From the IMG/VR virus record IMGVR_UViG_3300029319_000025, positions 5,110 through 69,109 of that record: a stretch of 64,000 nucleotides of DNA. The stretch is one strand, 5' to 3'. The notes under the pieces are model-generated. The model was not told the origin of the DNA. It was given only the letters and a program-made list of their open reading frames with translations, and searched no databases. A program made the position numbers and the translations under genes. The DNA comes from a virus. Shown here one piece after another: positions 50,423 to 58,202 of the stretch (positions are counted from its first letter, which is position 1; every line of letters starts with the position of its first letter).

Positions 50423-50527
50423 TGGACGTGGCAGGATTCGAACCTGCGTTAGTAGTCACGGTTTTCCATCCGATGGGAGTTACCTATGTTGTTATCTCCA
50501 TATCACTACTCTTACCATTTCACGCCC
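50423..50527 (-). ncRNA. Miniature tmRNA-like RNA (tRNA-like domain only, Ala identity)
   Basis: Acceptor GGGCGTG/CACGTCC with G3:U70, A73; stemless D-loop AAATGGTAAG; helix AGTAGT/ACTACT; AAC linker; T-arm GCAGG-TTCGAAT-CCTGC; 48-nt insert. Confidence 0.7.
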
Positions 50528-50531
50528 ATAA

Positions 50532-50626
50532 GGCAGCAGTTGCGGACTGGTAGTTACCTAGTATTGTCATTTATCCGCTCTTTCTGTTTCGGGTATGGAC
50601 CCTAACGTGACCAGTATGCCGCCGCC
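50532..50626 (-). ncRNA. Putative structured small RNA B
   Basis: Closing stem GGCGGCGG/CTGCTGCC, second stem ACTGGT/ACCAGT, inner hairpin GGGT-CCAT-ACCC; GC-rich and non-coding. Confidence 0.5.
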
Positions 50627-50630
50627 AAAT

Positions 50631-50702
50631 CGCCTCACATAATACACTTCCGTACGCTCGCTTATACCCGTCGGTAGTCGGCACCACATAATGTTTTTGG
50701 CG
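50631..50702 (-). ncRNA. Putative structured small RNA A
   Basis: CGCC/GGCG, ACATtATG/TATtATGT, CCG/CGG stems and TACC-GACG-GGTA hairpin. Confidence 0.4.
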
Positions 50703-50716
50703 TTGTAAATGTAAAT

Positions 50717-51016
50717 TTACATTGGTTTATCTGTTTCTATATGTTTATGTGTTGTAACCATCCACTCACAGTCGCTTACTTTGTGACCTGCGCCATATAA
50801 AAACGCTTCACAGGACTCTGAGTCAGGATTCCAACCATTTTCTTCGTTAGCTAATATGCTAATGTCATACCTGTACACATTACCATCTGTAAAATCTAGT
50901 ACAAATATATAACTTGCATTGTCTCTTGCTACATAGTTTGTAGGCTTGTTTTCTTCTTGCATTTCTGCATATGCTTTTTTTGAATCACTCATAAGTATAT
51001 CTATTATTCTATTCAT
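50717..51016 (-). CDS. Hypothetical early protein
   Basis: ORF track. Confidence 0.7.
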   Translation of the reverse strand: MNRIIDILMSDSKKAYAEMQEENKPTNYVARDNASYIFVLDFTDGNVYRYDISILANEENGWNPDSESCEAFLYGAGHKVSDCEWMVTTHKHIETDKPM

Positions 51017-51017
51017 A

Positions 51018-51230
51018 TTATCTTAGGCACGTGCCATAACCTCTGCGAGCGGTTAGCTTACGTATTCTAGCTGCTTGGGCCTTTGGCATGATTTGAATAG
51101 TATTGCCGGTTTTGTGGTATGTGATTGCCACACAGCCATAAGCTTCCGTACTGCTACAGTTAACACATTCAGTATAACCGAGTGCTAACCGCTGTGGAGG
51201 TATTATATTATTGCATTTACATTTTTTCAT
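51018..51230 (-). CDS. DksA/TraR-type C4 zinc-finger protein
   Basis: C.C...IP..RL......C..C. Confidence 0.6.
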   Translation of the reverse strand: MKKCKCNNIIPPQRLALGYTECVNCSSTEAYGCVAITYHKTGNTIQIMPKAQAARIRKLTARRGYGTCLR

Positions 51231-51236
51231 ATATAA

Positions 51237-51270
51237 TTATTATCCTACTGTTGTCGTAATTATATTGTAT
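51237..51270 (-). promoter_or_regulatory. Early promoter-like repeat, copy 3
   Basis: ATACAATATAATTACGA-N9-GATAATAA. Confidence 0.75.
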
Positions 51271-51734
51271 TATTTTTCTTCTTCTTCGTAGTAATCGCCT
51301 GAATCTAATAATTGTTCTTTCATTTCATCGAACTTTTCTTCGTAAACATCTGTCCACCAATTTGTTAATTCGTAGTTGAAATCATATTCCATACTATCAA
51401 ACAAGTGAGGTTCTATCCACACATCACAACCAGATACTAATTCTTGTATCGCTTGATCTGACCACTCTGTGTAATCTTCATAGTAATAACCATCTTGTGA
51501 TACATAGGGTCTTTCTTCGTGAGTACACCAATATATATCATAGCTATCAGCTGTTGATTCACTGTATATTTTTAACATGTGTCTACTATCGTTCCAGTCA
51601 GTAGTATTATCTAACTTACTACCATATTCTGTGTTGATATATTCTAGAAGCCAAGGTGCATCTGGTTCTTCCATGATACCATCTTGCTCTAATTGTTCTT
51701 TGACTATTTCGTCTGTTAATAAAGTTTTGCTCAT
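51270..51734 (-). CDS. Very acidic hypothetical protein
   Basis: ORF track; D/E and aromatic rich. Confidence 0.7.
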   Translation of the reverse strand: MSKTLLTDEIVKEQLEQDGIMEEPDAPWLLEYINTEYGSKLDNTTDWNDSRHMLKIYSESTADSYDIYWCTHEERPYVSQDGYYYEDYTEWSDQAIQELVSGCDVWIEPHLFDSMEYDFNYELTNWWTDVYEEKFDEMKEQLLDSGDYYEEEEK

Positions 51735-52138
51735 TTTGCATAGTTTTTAAGGTAATATTCTAACATATAGTTTAATCTAGCAAGACCTGACCATATTTTA
51801 GCTCTTGCATAGCTAATATATTCTTTGGTTTCTAAACCATCAGGTGTTAGCATTGTCCATCTAACATTTTGCTTGTATTGTTTATTTAGTTGATACGGTG
51901 TGTAGCAACCATTTTGTTTTCTTACGTAACCTGACTTAAAGCAAGCTAATCTTAGTCTTGCTGGCATTTCTAATAACTTGCCGTTATAAAATCTACTACC
52001 AGCTGATACAGGAAACTCAAATTCTCTTGTACCGTTTTTAGCTTGACGTTGTGTAGTCACTTCTTTAATATTATATTTAATAAGCAATTGTCTTACAAAA
52101 GCGTCTTCAAGTGCTTGTTTTTCTTGTTTCCAGTTCAT
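51731..52138 (-). CDS. Hypothetical early protein
   Basis: Start revised to MNWKQEK. Confidence 0.7.
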   Translation of the reverse strand: MNWKQEKQALEDAFVRQLLIKYNIKEVTTQRQAKNGTREFEFPVSAGSRFYNGKLLEMPARLRLACFKSGYVRKQNGCYTPYQLNKQYKQNVRWTMLTPDGLETKEYISYARAKIWSGLARLNYMLEYYLKNYAK

Positions 52139-52139
52139 A

Positions 52140-52349
52140 TTAGTATTGTTTAAGTAAATGTTCAGCGACTTTGGCAGCAGTGAGAGACACGAGGTAACTA
52201 TGAGCTTCGTTATATTCAAGAGGTGTAGAGTCAAGTAACTCGTTGATCTCGTCACCGCTGAGTGTCCAGTCGCATATTCTTATTAGTTCTTCTATTACTT
52301 GTTCTTTAGCATTTTCTGCTAGTCTATCAAATTCTTTAGTTTTACTCAT
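52140..52349 (-). CDS. Hypothetical early protein
   Basis: ORF track. Confidence 0.7.
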   Translation of the reverse strand: MSKTKEFDRLAENAKEQVIEELIRICDWTLSGDEINELLDSTPLEYNEAHSYLVSLTAAKVAEHLLKQY

Positions 52350-52371
52350 AGTTTTATTTGTTTTTACAATA

Positions 52372-52405
52372 TTATTATCTTACTATTATCGTATTTATAT
52401 TGTAT
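52372..52405 (-). promoter_or_regulatory. Early promoter-like repeat, copy 4
   Basis: ATACAATATAAATACGA-N9-GATAATAA. Confidence 0.75.
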
Positions 52406-52409
52406 GTAG

Positions 52410-52472
<63 letters not shown>

Positions 52473-52482
<10 letters not shown>

Positions 52483-52718
52483 ATTTTTACTAAATTCCAG
52501 TCAAGTTTGAAGCCGTCATCATCACCACCAGGTGCATATTTGTTATAAACTTCTACTAATTCTTTAGTCCATCCGCCTTGCTCTGCAAGTTTTGCTTGCC
52601 ATATTTCGCGTTGGCGTCTGCCTTTTTGCCATGCTCTGTGGTCATCTGCCATCATATGAGTATGGTCGTAATGCTCAAACATTTCTTCTAGTGTTAAATC
52701 TTCGTAGTATTCTGCCAT
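52473..52718 (-). CDS. Hypothetical early protein (stop codon lies inside the tRNA 5' end)
   Basis: ORF track. Confidence 0.7.
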
Positions 52719-52728
52719 AGTTTTAGTT

Positions 52729-52920
52729 TTAAGAGTATATTCTACCGTTTACTTTTACCCATTTTTTCATTGAGTAATACATTTTGTTTTCGCTATCATA
52801 GTATTTTGTGTGTGGTGAGAGAGTTAATAACTCTGATTTGCCATTTTTAGTTAACGTGATAGCTTGTGGCACAAAGAAATTACTTGCTTGCGCGCCATGA
52901 AATTTTATAGTATTAGTCAT
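52729..52920 (-). CDS. Hypothetical early protein
   Basis: ORF track; downstream of promoter copy 5. Confidence 0.65.
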   Translation of the reverse strand: MTNTIKFHGAQASNFFVPQAITLTKNGKSELLTLSPHTKYYDSENKMYYSMKKWVKVNGRIYS

Positions 52921-52938
52921 ATTTGTTATTTTATATAA

Positions 52939-52972
52939 TTATTATCTTGCTATGTTCGTATTTAAATTGTAT
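52939..52972 (-). promoter_or_regulatory. Early promoter-like repeat, copy 5
   Basis: ATACAATTTAAATACGA-N9-GATAATAA. Confidence 0.75.
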
Positions 52973-53091
52973 CTTCTATACCATTCATCTTCTTCAAACA
53001 TAAAAGCTTTCTTTGTTAATTTTATTTGCTTGTATTTTCTTGGTTTCGCTTTTGCTCTTGCTTTTGCGAATCTATATAAATCCTTCTTCAT
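52942..53091 (-). CDS. Small basic protein (49 aa, MKKDLYRFAKARAK...)
   Basis: Translated by hand. Confidence 0.5.
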   Translation of the reverse strand: MKKDLYRFAKARAKAKPRKYKQIKLTKKAFMFEEDEWYRRYNLNTNIAR

Positions 53092-53181
53092 ATTTCTTAT
53101 TTTAGCATGGACAGAATATCCATAGTGAAACGTAAAGTAGTGCGAATAAACACACTACAAATATAAAATCTATTATTGCTC

Positions 53182-53316
53182 TTACCATCCTCCAAATGTT
53201 ATAGTTGGATTGTTAAATGCTAAGTGAATAATAATCATTACTATTCCTGATAATGCTAATGTCATAAGTGAATATAATACTGCATTTATTGCGAAGTGTT
53301 GAAACTTTCTTTTCAT
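53182..53316 (-). CDS. Small single-TM protein (44 aa)
   Basis: MKRKFQHFAINAVLYSLMTLALSGIVMIIIHLAF... Confidence 0.55.
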   Translation of the reverse strand: MKRKFQHFAINAVLYSLMTLALSGIVMIIIHLAFNNPTITFGGW

Positions 53317-53338
53317 AGTTATTAAATTTAAGTGTTAG

Positions 53339-53379
53339 TTGCCATGAGTGGAATCGAACCACTATTAACCATTATGGCA
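53339..53379 (-). ncRNA. Anticodon-less tRNA-like minihelix (acceptor + T-arm)
   Basis: TGCCATA-ATGGTTAAT-AGTGG-TTCGATT-CCACT-CATGGCA-A, followed by CTA. Confidence 0.6.
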
Positions 53380-53381
53380 TT

Positions 53382-53417
53382 ACTGACATTTTTTATAAGT
53401 CGAGTCAGTTACGACTT
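53382..53417 (-). other. H-type RNA pseudoknot
   Basis: S1 AAGTCG/CGACTT, S2 ACTGAC/GTCAGT, L1 TA, L2 T, L3 ATAAAAAAT. Confidence 0.65.
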
Positions 53418-53422
53418 TAGCC

Positions 53423-53453
53423 ACCTCAGCTTACTCTGCACTTCGGCTGAGGT
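53423..53453 (-). other. 8-bp hairpin upstream of the pseudoknot
   Basis: ACCTCAGC-N15-GCTGAGGT. Confidence 0.6.
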
Positions 53454-53461
53454 ATTTTTGA

Positions 53462-53689
53462 CTAAACTAACTCTTTGCCTCTAAGTGCTAAAGGAATATT
53501 GTTAGTTGCAGTATAAGACTTATACTTTTCCCAGCAAGGTAAAGATGTAAGTGTTGACTTCATAATGTTGAATGCTTTGTCATGTGAGTAAACATACTTG
53601 TCACCTTTTTTGTTAGTGAATTCAATAGTTACATTTTTGCCGATTAGTGATTTTCTTAGTACAAATCTTTTTGAAATTAAATTGCTCAT
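53462..53689 (-). CDS. First early protein (hypothetical)
   Basis: ORF track; downstream of promoter copies 6 and 7. Confidence 0.75.
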   Translation of the reverse strand: MSNLISKRFVLRKSLIGKNVTIEFTNKKGDKYVYSHDKAFNIMKSTLTSLPCWEKYKSYTATNNIPLALRGKELV

Positions 53690-53725
53690 AGTAAATTGTT
53701 TTTAAATTAATTATTAGTTACATTA

Positions 53726-53759
53726 TTATTATCTATATGACTTCGTATTTATATTGTAT
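53726..53759 (-). promoter_or_regulatory. Early promoter-like repeat, copy 6
   Basis: ATACAATATAAATACGA-N9-GATAATAA. Confidence 0.75.
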
Positions 53760-53855
53760 AAAAGTATATTATTTGTTTAGTATGTAAATTGCTATTAGTA
53801 GTATTCCGCACACTCTCACAACTTCTATATTATTATAAGTATTTATCATATATTA

Positions 53856-53889
53856 TTATTATCTACTACACATCGTAACTATATTGTAT
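53856..53889 (-). promoter_or_regulatory. Early promoter-like repeat, copy 7
   Basis: ATACAATATAGTTACGA-N9-GATAATAA. Confidence 0.7.
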
Positions 53890-54175
53890 ATTAAATTAAA
53901 TAAAAAAAAATAATATATAGTAAAACGTGAAAAATCTATAGAAAAAACATGAAAAAGGGGGCCCGTGGCGTTAAAACAATGCATTTTACAATTTAACCAC
54001 GAAGCGTAGAGGAGGGGCGCAATGCTAAACCTCATCATATCTAAGCATTTTTTAGTGACAGTAGCCTGTAAATCTATACTAGTAATAGGCAGTTGTCACA
54101 CTTTCCCCCTTATAAGATTATACTAAGTATAATCTTTAGGATTAGTATAATTAATAATAGGCAAGTGTCATAGTG
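53890..54175. other. Divergent non-coding region: candidate origin or genome terminus with iteron-like sites and a palindrome
   Basis: Strand switch; TGACA-N3-GCCT sites at 54056(+), 54083-54098(-), 54155-54170(-); AAGATTATACT-A-AGTATAATCTT at 54114-54136. Confidence 0.5.
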
Positions 54176-54203
54176 TAAATTTTTATTTTACTATGTAATT
54201 ATA
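54176..54203 (+). promoter_or_regulatory. Putative late promoter at the head of the + strand arm
   Basis: TAAAT-N14-GTAATTATA. Confidence 0.5.
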
Positions 54204-54224
54204 AAACCATAGAAGAAATTAATT

Positions 54225-54458
54225 ATGCCTAAACAAAAACTAAGCTTAAAAGCTCGTATAGCGAAAAAGAAGAGAGATCTTAAGGCTGCTAACAGTCCTA
54301 GACGTAAGAAGATGCGTGCTGAAAACCAGCGTTTACGCAGGGCAGCAAAGAAGCGTGGTATGAAGTTAAAAGGCAAAGATTACGATCACAAAACCAAGAA
54401 ATTTACAAGTGTACGTGCTAACCGTGGAAACAGAGGACACGGTACACGTAATGAATAA
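54225..54458 (+). CDS. Small basic protein, HNH-like remnant
   Basis: GKDYDH...S..ANRG.R. Confidence 0.65.
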   Translation: MPKQKLSLKARIAKKKRDLKAANSPRRKKMRAENQRLRRAAKKRGMKLKGKDYDHKTKKFTSVRANRGNRGHGTRNE

Positions 54459-54490
54459 CCTATCCTCTGAAACCTTAAAATACCAAAATT

Positions 54491-54784
54491 ATGACGTATT
54501 TTTATTACAAGACTAATACGTGGCATAGTCAACCACAAATATCCGAAGAAACAGTAAACCTTTGGAAACACCTCGCAGAAAAAACAAACTGGAGGATAAC
54601 ACAATTACCTAATGGTTTCTATCAAACCGAATACCAAGGCATCGATAATGACGATACATGGTACGACGTTACTAGACGTGAAACTATAGAAGGTGCTGAG
54701 AAAGCTATAGACGGAAGCGTAGAACATTATGCTAAGAAAGTAGACTTCTTAAAAGGACCTAAAGTAGTTAAAACATTTAAGTAA
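54491..54784 (+). CDS. Hypothetical phage protein
   Basis: ORF track. Confidence 0.75.
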   Translation: MTYFYYKTNTWHSQPQISEETVNLWKHLAEKTNWRITQLPNGFYQTEYQGIDNDDTWYDVTRRETIEGAEKAIDGSVEHYAKKVDFLKGPKVVKTFK

Positions 54785-54808
54785 TAGTTTAATTTAAAAT
54801 TTAATTTA

Positions 54809-56374
54809 ATGGAATTTAATCAACCAAGCCAAATTGTAAAAGATTTGACTTTTGGCAATAAAGCCAATAGTAAGATCATGAAAGGTGTAGAACAACTAGC
54901 AGATGCTGTAAAATCTACACTAGGAGCTTCAGGAAAGTGCGTAATATACGAGGATGCCCTCGGAAAACCGGTGATTACAAAAGACGGAGTAACAGTTGCT
55001 GAATCTGTTGTCTTATATGATCCGGTTGAAAATATTGGCGCAACTTTAATAAAAGAAGCTGCAAAAAACACAGTGAAAGAAGCAGGTGACGGTACCACTA
55101 CGGCTACTGTCCTTGCTTACTCACTATTAAACGAAATGCAACAATATCAAGGAAATGATAGTGTAAGAGAGATAAATGCAGGTATAGACACATGTTTAAA
55201 TAAGATAACAGAGTATTTAGATGATATTAAAGTTGATGTATCTGGTAAAATGTTAGAACATGTTAGTACTATTTCTTGTAATAATGACGATATACTTGGT
55301 AAAATTATCTCAGAGGCTTATAGCAAAGTCGGTAAAGATAGTGTTGTATTGCTGGAAGAGTCGCAAACAGAAAAAACGTATGCGGATGTAGTGGACGGAG
55401 TACAACTTAAATGTCCAATAACATCAAACTATTTAATAACAGATAAAGCTAGAGAAGTTGCAGAGCTAGATAATCCATATATATTAATAGCTTTAACACC
55501 AATACAAAGTATAAGAAGTATACAACCAATACTAGAACATGTTATTAAAAAGAAAAGATCGCTATTAGTTATAGGTAGTCTAGAAGAACAACCTAAATCA
55601 GCACTATTAGCAAACAAAGTAAAAGGTAATATAAAAGTAAATATTATTGATTTACCTGGTTTTGGACCTACAAAAGAAGATACTGTTGAAGATCTAGCTA
55701 TTGTAACAGGTGCAAAAATAATAAATGAAAGTCTTGGAGATGACTTTGATCTTATAGATACTAGTTTTTTAGGCGAAGCTGTTAAATCGGTAACTGATAA
55801 TAAAAACACTGTATTAACTATTAACAAGTCAAATAAAGACTATACTGAAAGGATAAAAATAGTAAAAGATGCTATTAAAAAACAAAAAGATCCTTTTATG
55901 AAAAAGAAACTACAAGAACGATTAGCTATATTATCTGGTAATGTAGGTATTGTTAGAGTAGGTGCGAACTCACAAGTTGAGTTAAAAGAAAAGAAAGACA
56001 GAGTTGAAGATGCTATTTATGCTACTAAAGCCGCTTTGCAGGAAGGCATTGTACCAGGCGGTGGTATAGCTTTACTAAATGCCGCAACAAGCATTAAAGA
56101 AAATAGTGATGGAGAACTTATATTGACAAAATCAATAATAGCTCCATTTAAAACTATATTAAGCAATGCTGGTATAGATGCTGTACTACCAAAAAAAGAT
56201 GGTTATGGTATTGACGTTGTTACTGGTAAAGAAGTTGATATGATTAAAAACGGTATTATTGATCCGGTTTTGGTTACAAAAACGGCGCTCAAAAACGCAG
56301 TGAGCGTGGCAAAAACGATAATGTCTGCAGATTGTATAATAAGTAATAGAAGAGTGGAAAATGCAAGCAGTTAA
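54809..56374 (+). CDS. groEL: Chaperonin GroEL (phage-encoded)
   Basis: ITKDGVTVA, AGDGTTTATVLA, EKKDRVEDA, GIVPGGG, GIIDP; no GGM tail. Confidence 0.95.
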   Translation: MEFNQPSQIVKDLTFGNKANSKIMKGVEQLADAVKSTLGASGKCVIYEDALGKPVITKDGVTVAESVVLYDPVENIGATLIKEAAKNTVKEAGDGTTTATVLAYSLLNEMQQYQGNDSVREINAGIDTCLNKITEYLDDIKVDVSGKMLEHVSTISCNNDDILGKIISEAYSKVGKDSVVLLEESQTEKTYADVVDGVQLKCPITSNYLITDKAREVAELDNPYILIALTPIQSIRSIQPILEHVIKKKRSLLVIGSLEEQPKSALLANKVKGNIKVNIIDLPGFGPTKEDTVEDLAIVTGAKIINESLGDDFDLIDTSFLGEAVKSVTDNKNTVLTINKSNKDYTERIKIVKDAIKKQKDPFMKKKLQERLAILSGNVGIVRVGANSQVELKEKKDRVEDAIYATKAALQEGIVPGGGIALLNAATSIKENSDGELILTKSIIAPFKTILSNAGIDAVLPKKDGYGIDVVTGKEVDMIKNGIIDPVLVTKTALKNAVSVAKTIMSADCIISNRRVENASS

Positions 56375-56618
56375 TCATTATATAATCATAGAAAAAATAA
56401 AAGAAAAACCTAAGTCAACATCTGGTTTTGTGATGACAGAGTTGCAAAATACTGACATTAGGTACCTAAAAGGTAGGGTAGTAAGTGTTGGTGACCTAAT
56501 AACAGCGGTCAAGGAAGAAGATATAGTATGGTATGATAAACATGCTGGTAATTCTATTGAGTACGATGAAAAACTTTATCACGTTATTAGAAACGGCGAT
56601 ATTGTTATAGTAGAATGA
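56361..56618 (+). CDS. groES: Co-chaperonin GroES
   Basis: Mobile loop STSGFVM, GRVVSVG, VKEEDIVWY; follows groEL. Confidence 0.88.
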   Translation: MQAVNHYIIIEKIKEKPKSTSGFVMTELQNTDIRYLKGRVVSVGDLITAVKEEDIVWYDKHAGNSIEYDEKLYHVIRNGDIVIVE

Positions 56619-57055
56619 GACTAGAAGCTTCTGATATACGGGACTTACAAATATTTAAGTATTACAGGCTCGTTCGTAAATGGGCCTGTAAAACTTATAA
56701 TATAAAGGACGCAGACCTAGAGTTATTAATATATTTAGACTGTAAAGGTAGATTTACACGAAACGACTTTATAAACGGTACTTACACATACTCATGGGAT
56801 AAAAATCGATGGGAAAGACTTAGGCGTGATGGTTGGATAGAAGCTTGGAGGCATAGAAACAGAACTACTATAAAGTATACGATATATAAAACATCGTTTA
56901 AATGTAGTCAGTTAATAAGTAGAATATATAGAATCCTATTGTCACAAGAGGATCTACCAACATCCGAAAGAAATAAATTTTTTAACAATAAATCATATAC
57001 AGATAAAGTTTATAATAAAGCTATAGATGATATGATAAAAGACATAGACCGATGA
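56615..57055 (+). CDS. Hypothetical protein, possible winged helix
   Basis: DLELLIYL...RWERLRRDGWI. Confidence 0.6.
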   Translation: MRLEASDIRDLQIFKYYRLVRKWACKTYNIKDADLELLIYLDCKGRFTRNDFINGTYTYSWDKNRWERLRRDGWIEAWRHRNRTTIKYTIYKTSFKCSQLISRIYRILLSQEDLPTSERNKFFNNKSYTDKVYNKAIDDMIKDIDR

Positions 57056-57468
57056 GTAAAATATTATCAAAGATATTTGGTGGCGCAGGAAGTGTAGTTA
57101 TAGACAAACTAGCCGGCGTTGCTGATAAGTTCATTAGAACAAATGACGAGAAAGCTGCTTTTGAAAAAGAAATGACTGAAATATTGATAGAAGCTGAAGC
57201 AGCAATACAAAAAAATGTAACCGAAAGGTGGAAAGCAGATTTAGAGCACGGAAACTGGTTAACGCGTTCAGTTCGTCCTCTCGTACTAGTATTCTTAATA
57301 GTGGCGACCGTGCTCATGATATTTATAGACAGTGGATCTATAGATTTTAAAGTAGATGAAAAGTGGACAGATTTACTTCAATTAGTACTAATGACAACGA
57401 TAGGTGCGTATTTTGGCGGACGATCAGTCGAAAAATACAACAAAATAAAAAATGGCAAGGATAAATAA
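57052..57468 (+). CDS. Holin-like protein (GTA 3TM-holin type)
   Basis: RW.AD...WL.RSVRP TM...GAYFGGRS.EK. Confidence 0.75.
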   Translation: MSKILSKIFGGAGSVVIDKLAGVADKFIRTNDEKAAFEKEMTEILIEAEAAIQKNVTERWKADLEHGNWLTRSVRPLVLVFLIVATVLMIFIDSGSIDFKVDEKWTDLLQLVLMTTIGAYFGGRSVEKYNKIKNGKDK

Positions 57469-58180
57469 ATACGCTCAAGACTCTACACCAGACAAAAACG
57501 ATAAATTAATAGGTACTGACTCTAGTGGTGGAACAAGAAATTATTCACTAGAAAACGTAGGTGCTTTTTTATCACAAACAAATGTTTTAGGTGTACACTC
57601 TAATATACCATATAAATATTCTCATGGTGATTTGTCGTCTGGTAATATAAAAGATAATAACAACGACACTGTTGTTGGTGCTTTTCCAACATCAAACGTT
57701 TCTATACGTGTTAGTGCTTATCCAAATAACAGTAGTAAAAGTGCTTTAACAGTATTAAACACTTTTTTAAAAAAAGAAATAGTAATAAGTCAAATACAAG
57801 ATCAGAACATATTTGCTGTTTATAAGGTGAATAGTATATCACAAGTTGGTAGTACTGATTTTTACAACTTAGGTCTAACTCATCTTAACAGTAATAATGA
57901 TTCTGATGGGTATGGTTTTGTGACAGGTGTTTATTATAATGTAACATTATACACTGGTGCACAAGACAAAGAGTATGAGCAGGCTTTTGCAACAAGTGAT
58001 TTGTCTTTAGTTAATGGACAATACGAGTTAGCAATTCCTCATAATTTAGGTAAATTTCCAACAATTTCTGTAAAACTAAGTACAGGGGATGTTGCAATTG
58101 TACCATACTCACATATAAATAAAAATAATTCAAAAGTATTCTTTTCAGCATTAAACTCTGGAACAGTATACGCAAACTAA
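57452..58180 (+). CDS. Virion structural/tail protein
   Basis: MARI..Y...DKLIGTD N-terminus similar to 32565; HNLGKFP C-terminus. Confidence 0.65.
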   Translation: MARINKYAQDSTPDKNDKLIGTDSSGGTRNYSLENVGAFLSQTNVLGVHSNIPYKYSHGDLSSGNIKDNNNDTVVGAFPTSNVSIRVSAYPNNSSKSALTVLNTFLKKEIVISQIQDQNIFAVYKVNSISQVGSTDFYNLGLTHLNSNNDSDGYGFVTGVYYNVTLYTGAQDKEYEQAFATSDLSLVNGQYELAIPHNLGKFPTISVKLSTGDVAIVPYSHINKNNSKVFFSALNSGTVYAN

Positions 58181-58202
58181 CAAAAACTAAACAAAAAAGA
58201 AA

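Noticed and set aside
50532-50626. HDV-like (theta) ribozyme, or a separate tmRNA tag-coding piece (frame INDNTR*)
   Set aside because: The pairing order does not fit the HDV nested double pseudoknot; the short frame lacks an ALAA-type end and may be chance
53106-53158. Two short hairpins between small early ORFs
   Set aside because: Stems of only 5-6 bp with no recognisable motif; insufficient support for an ncRNA
53382-53417. preQ1-I riboswitch or pistol/twister ribozyme
   Set aside because: The A-rich 3' strand is similar, but the preQ1 loop consensus and the ribozyme core elements were not found by eye
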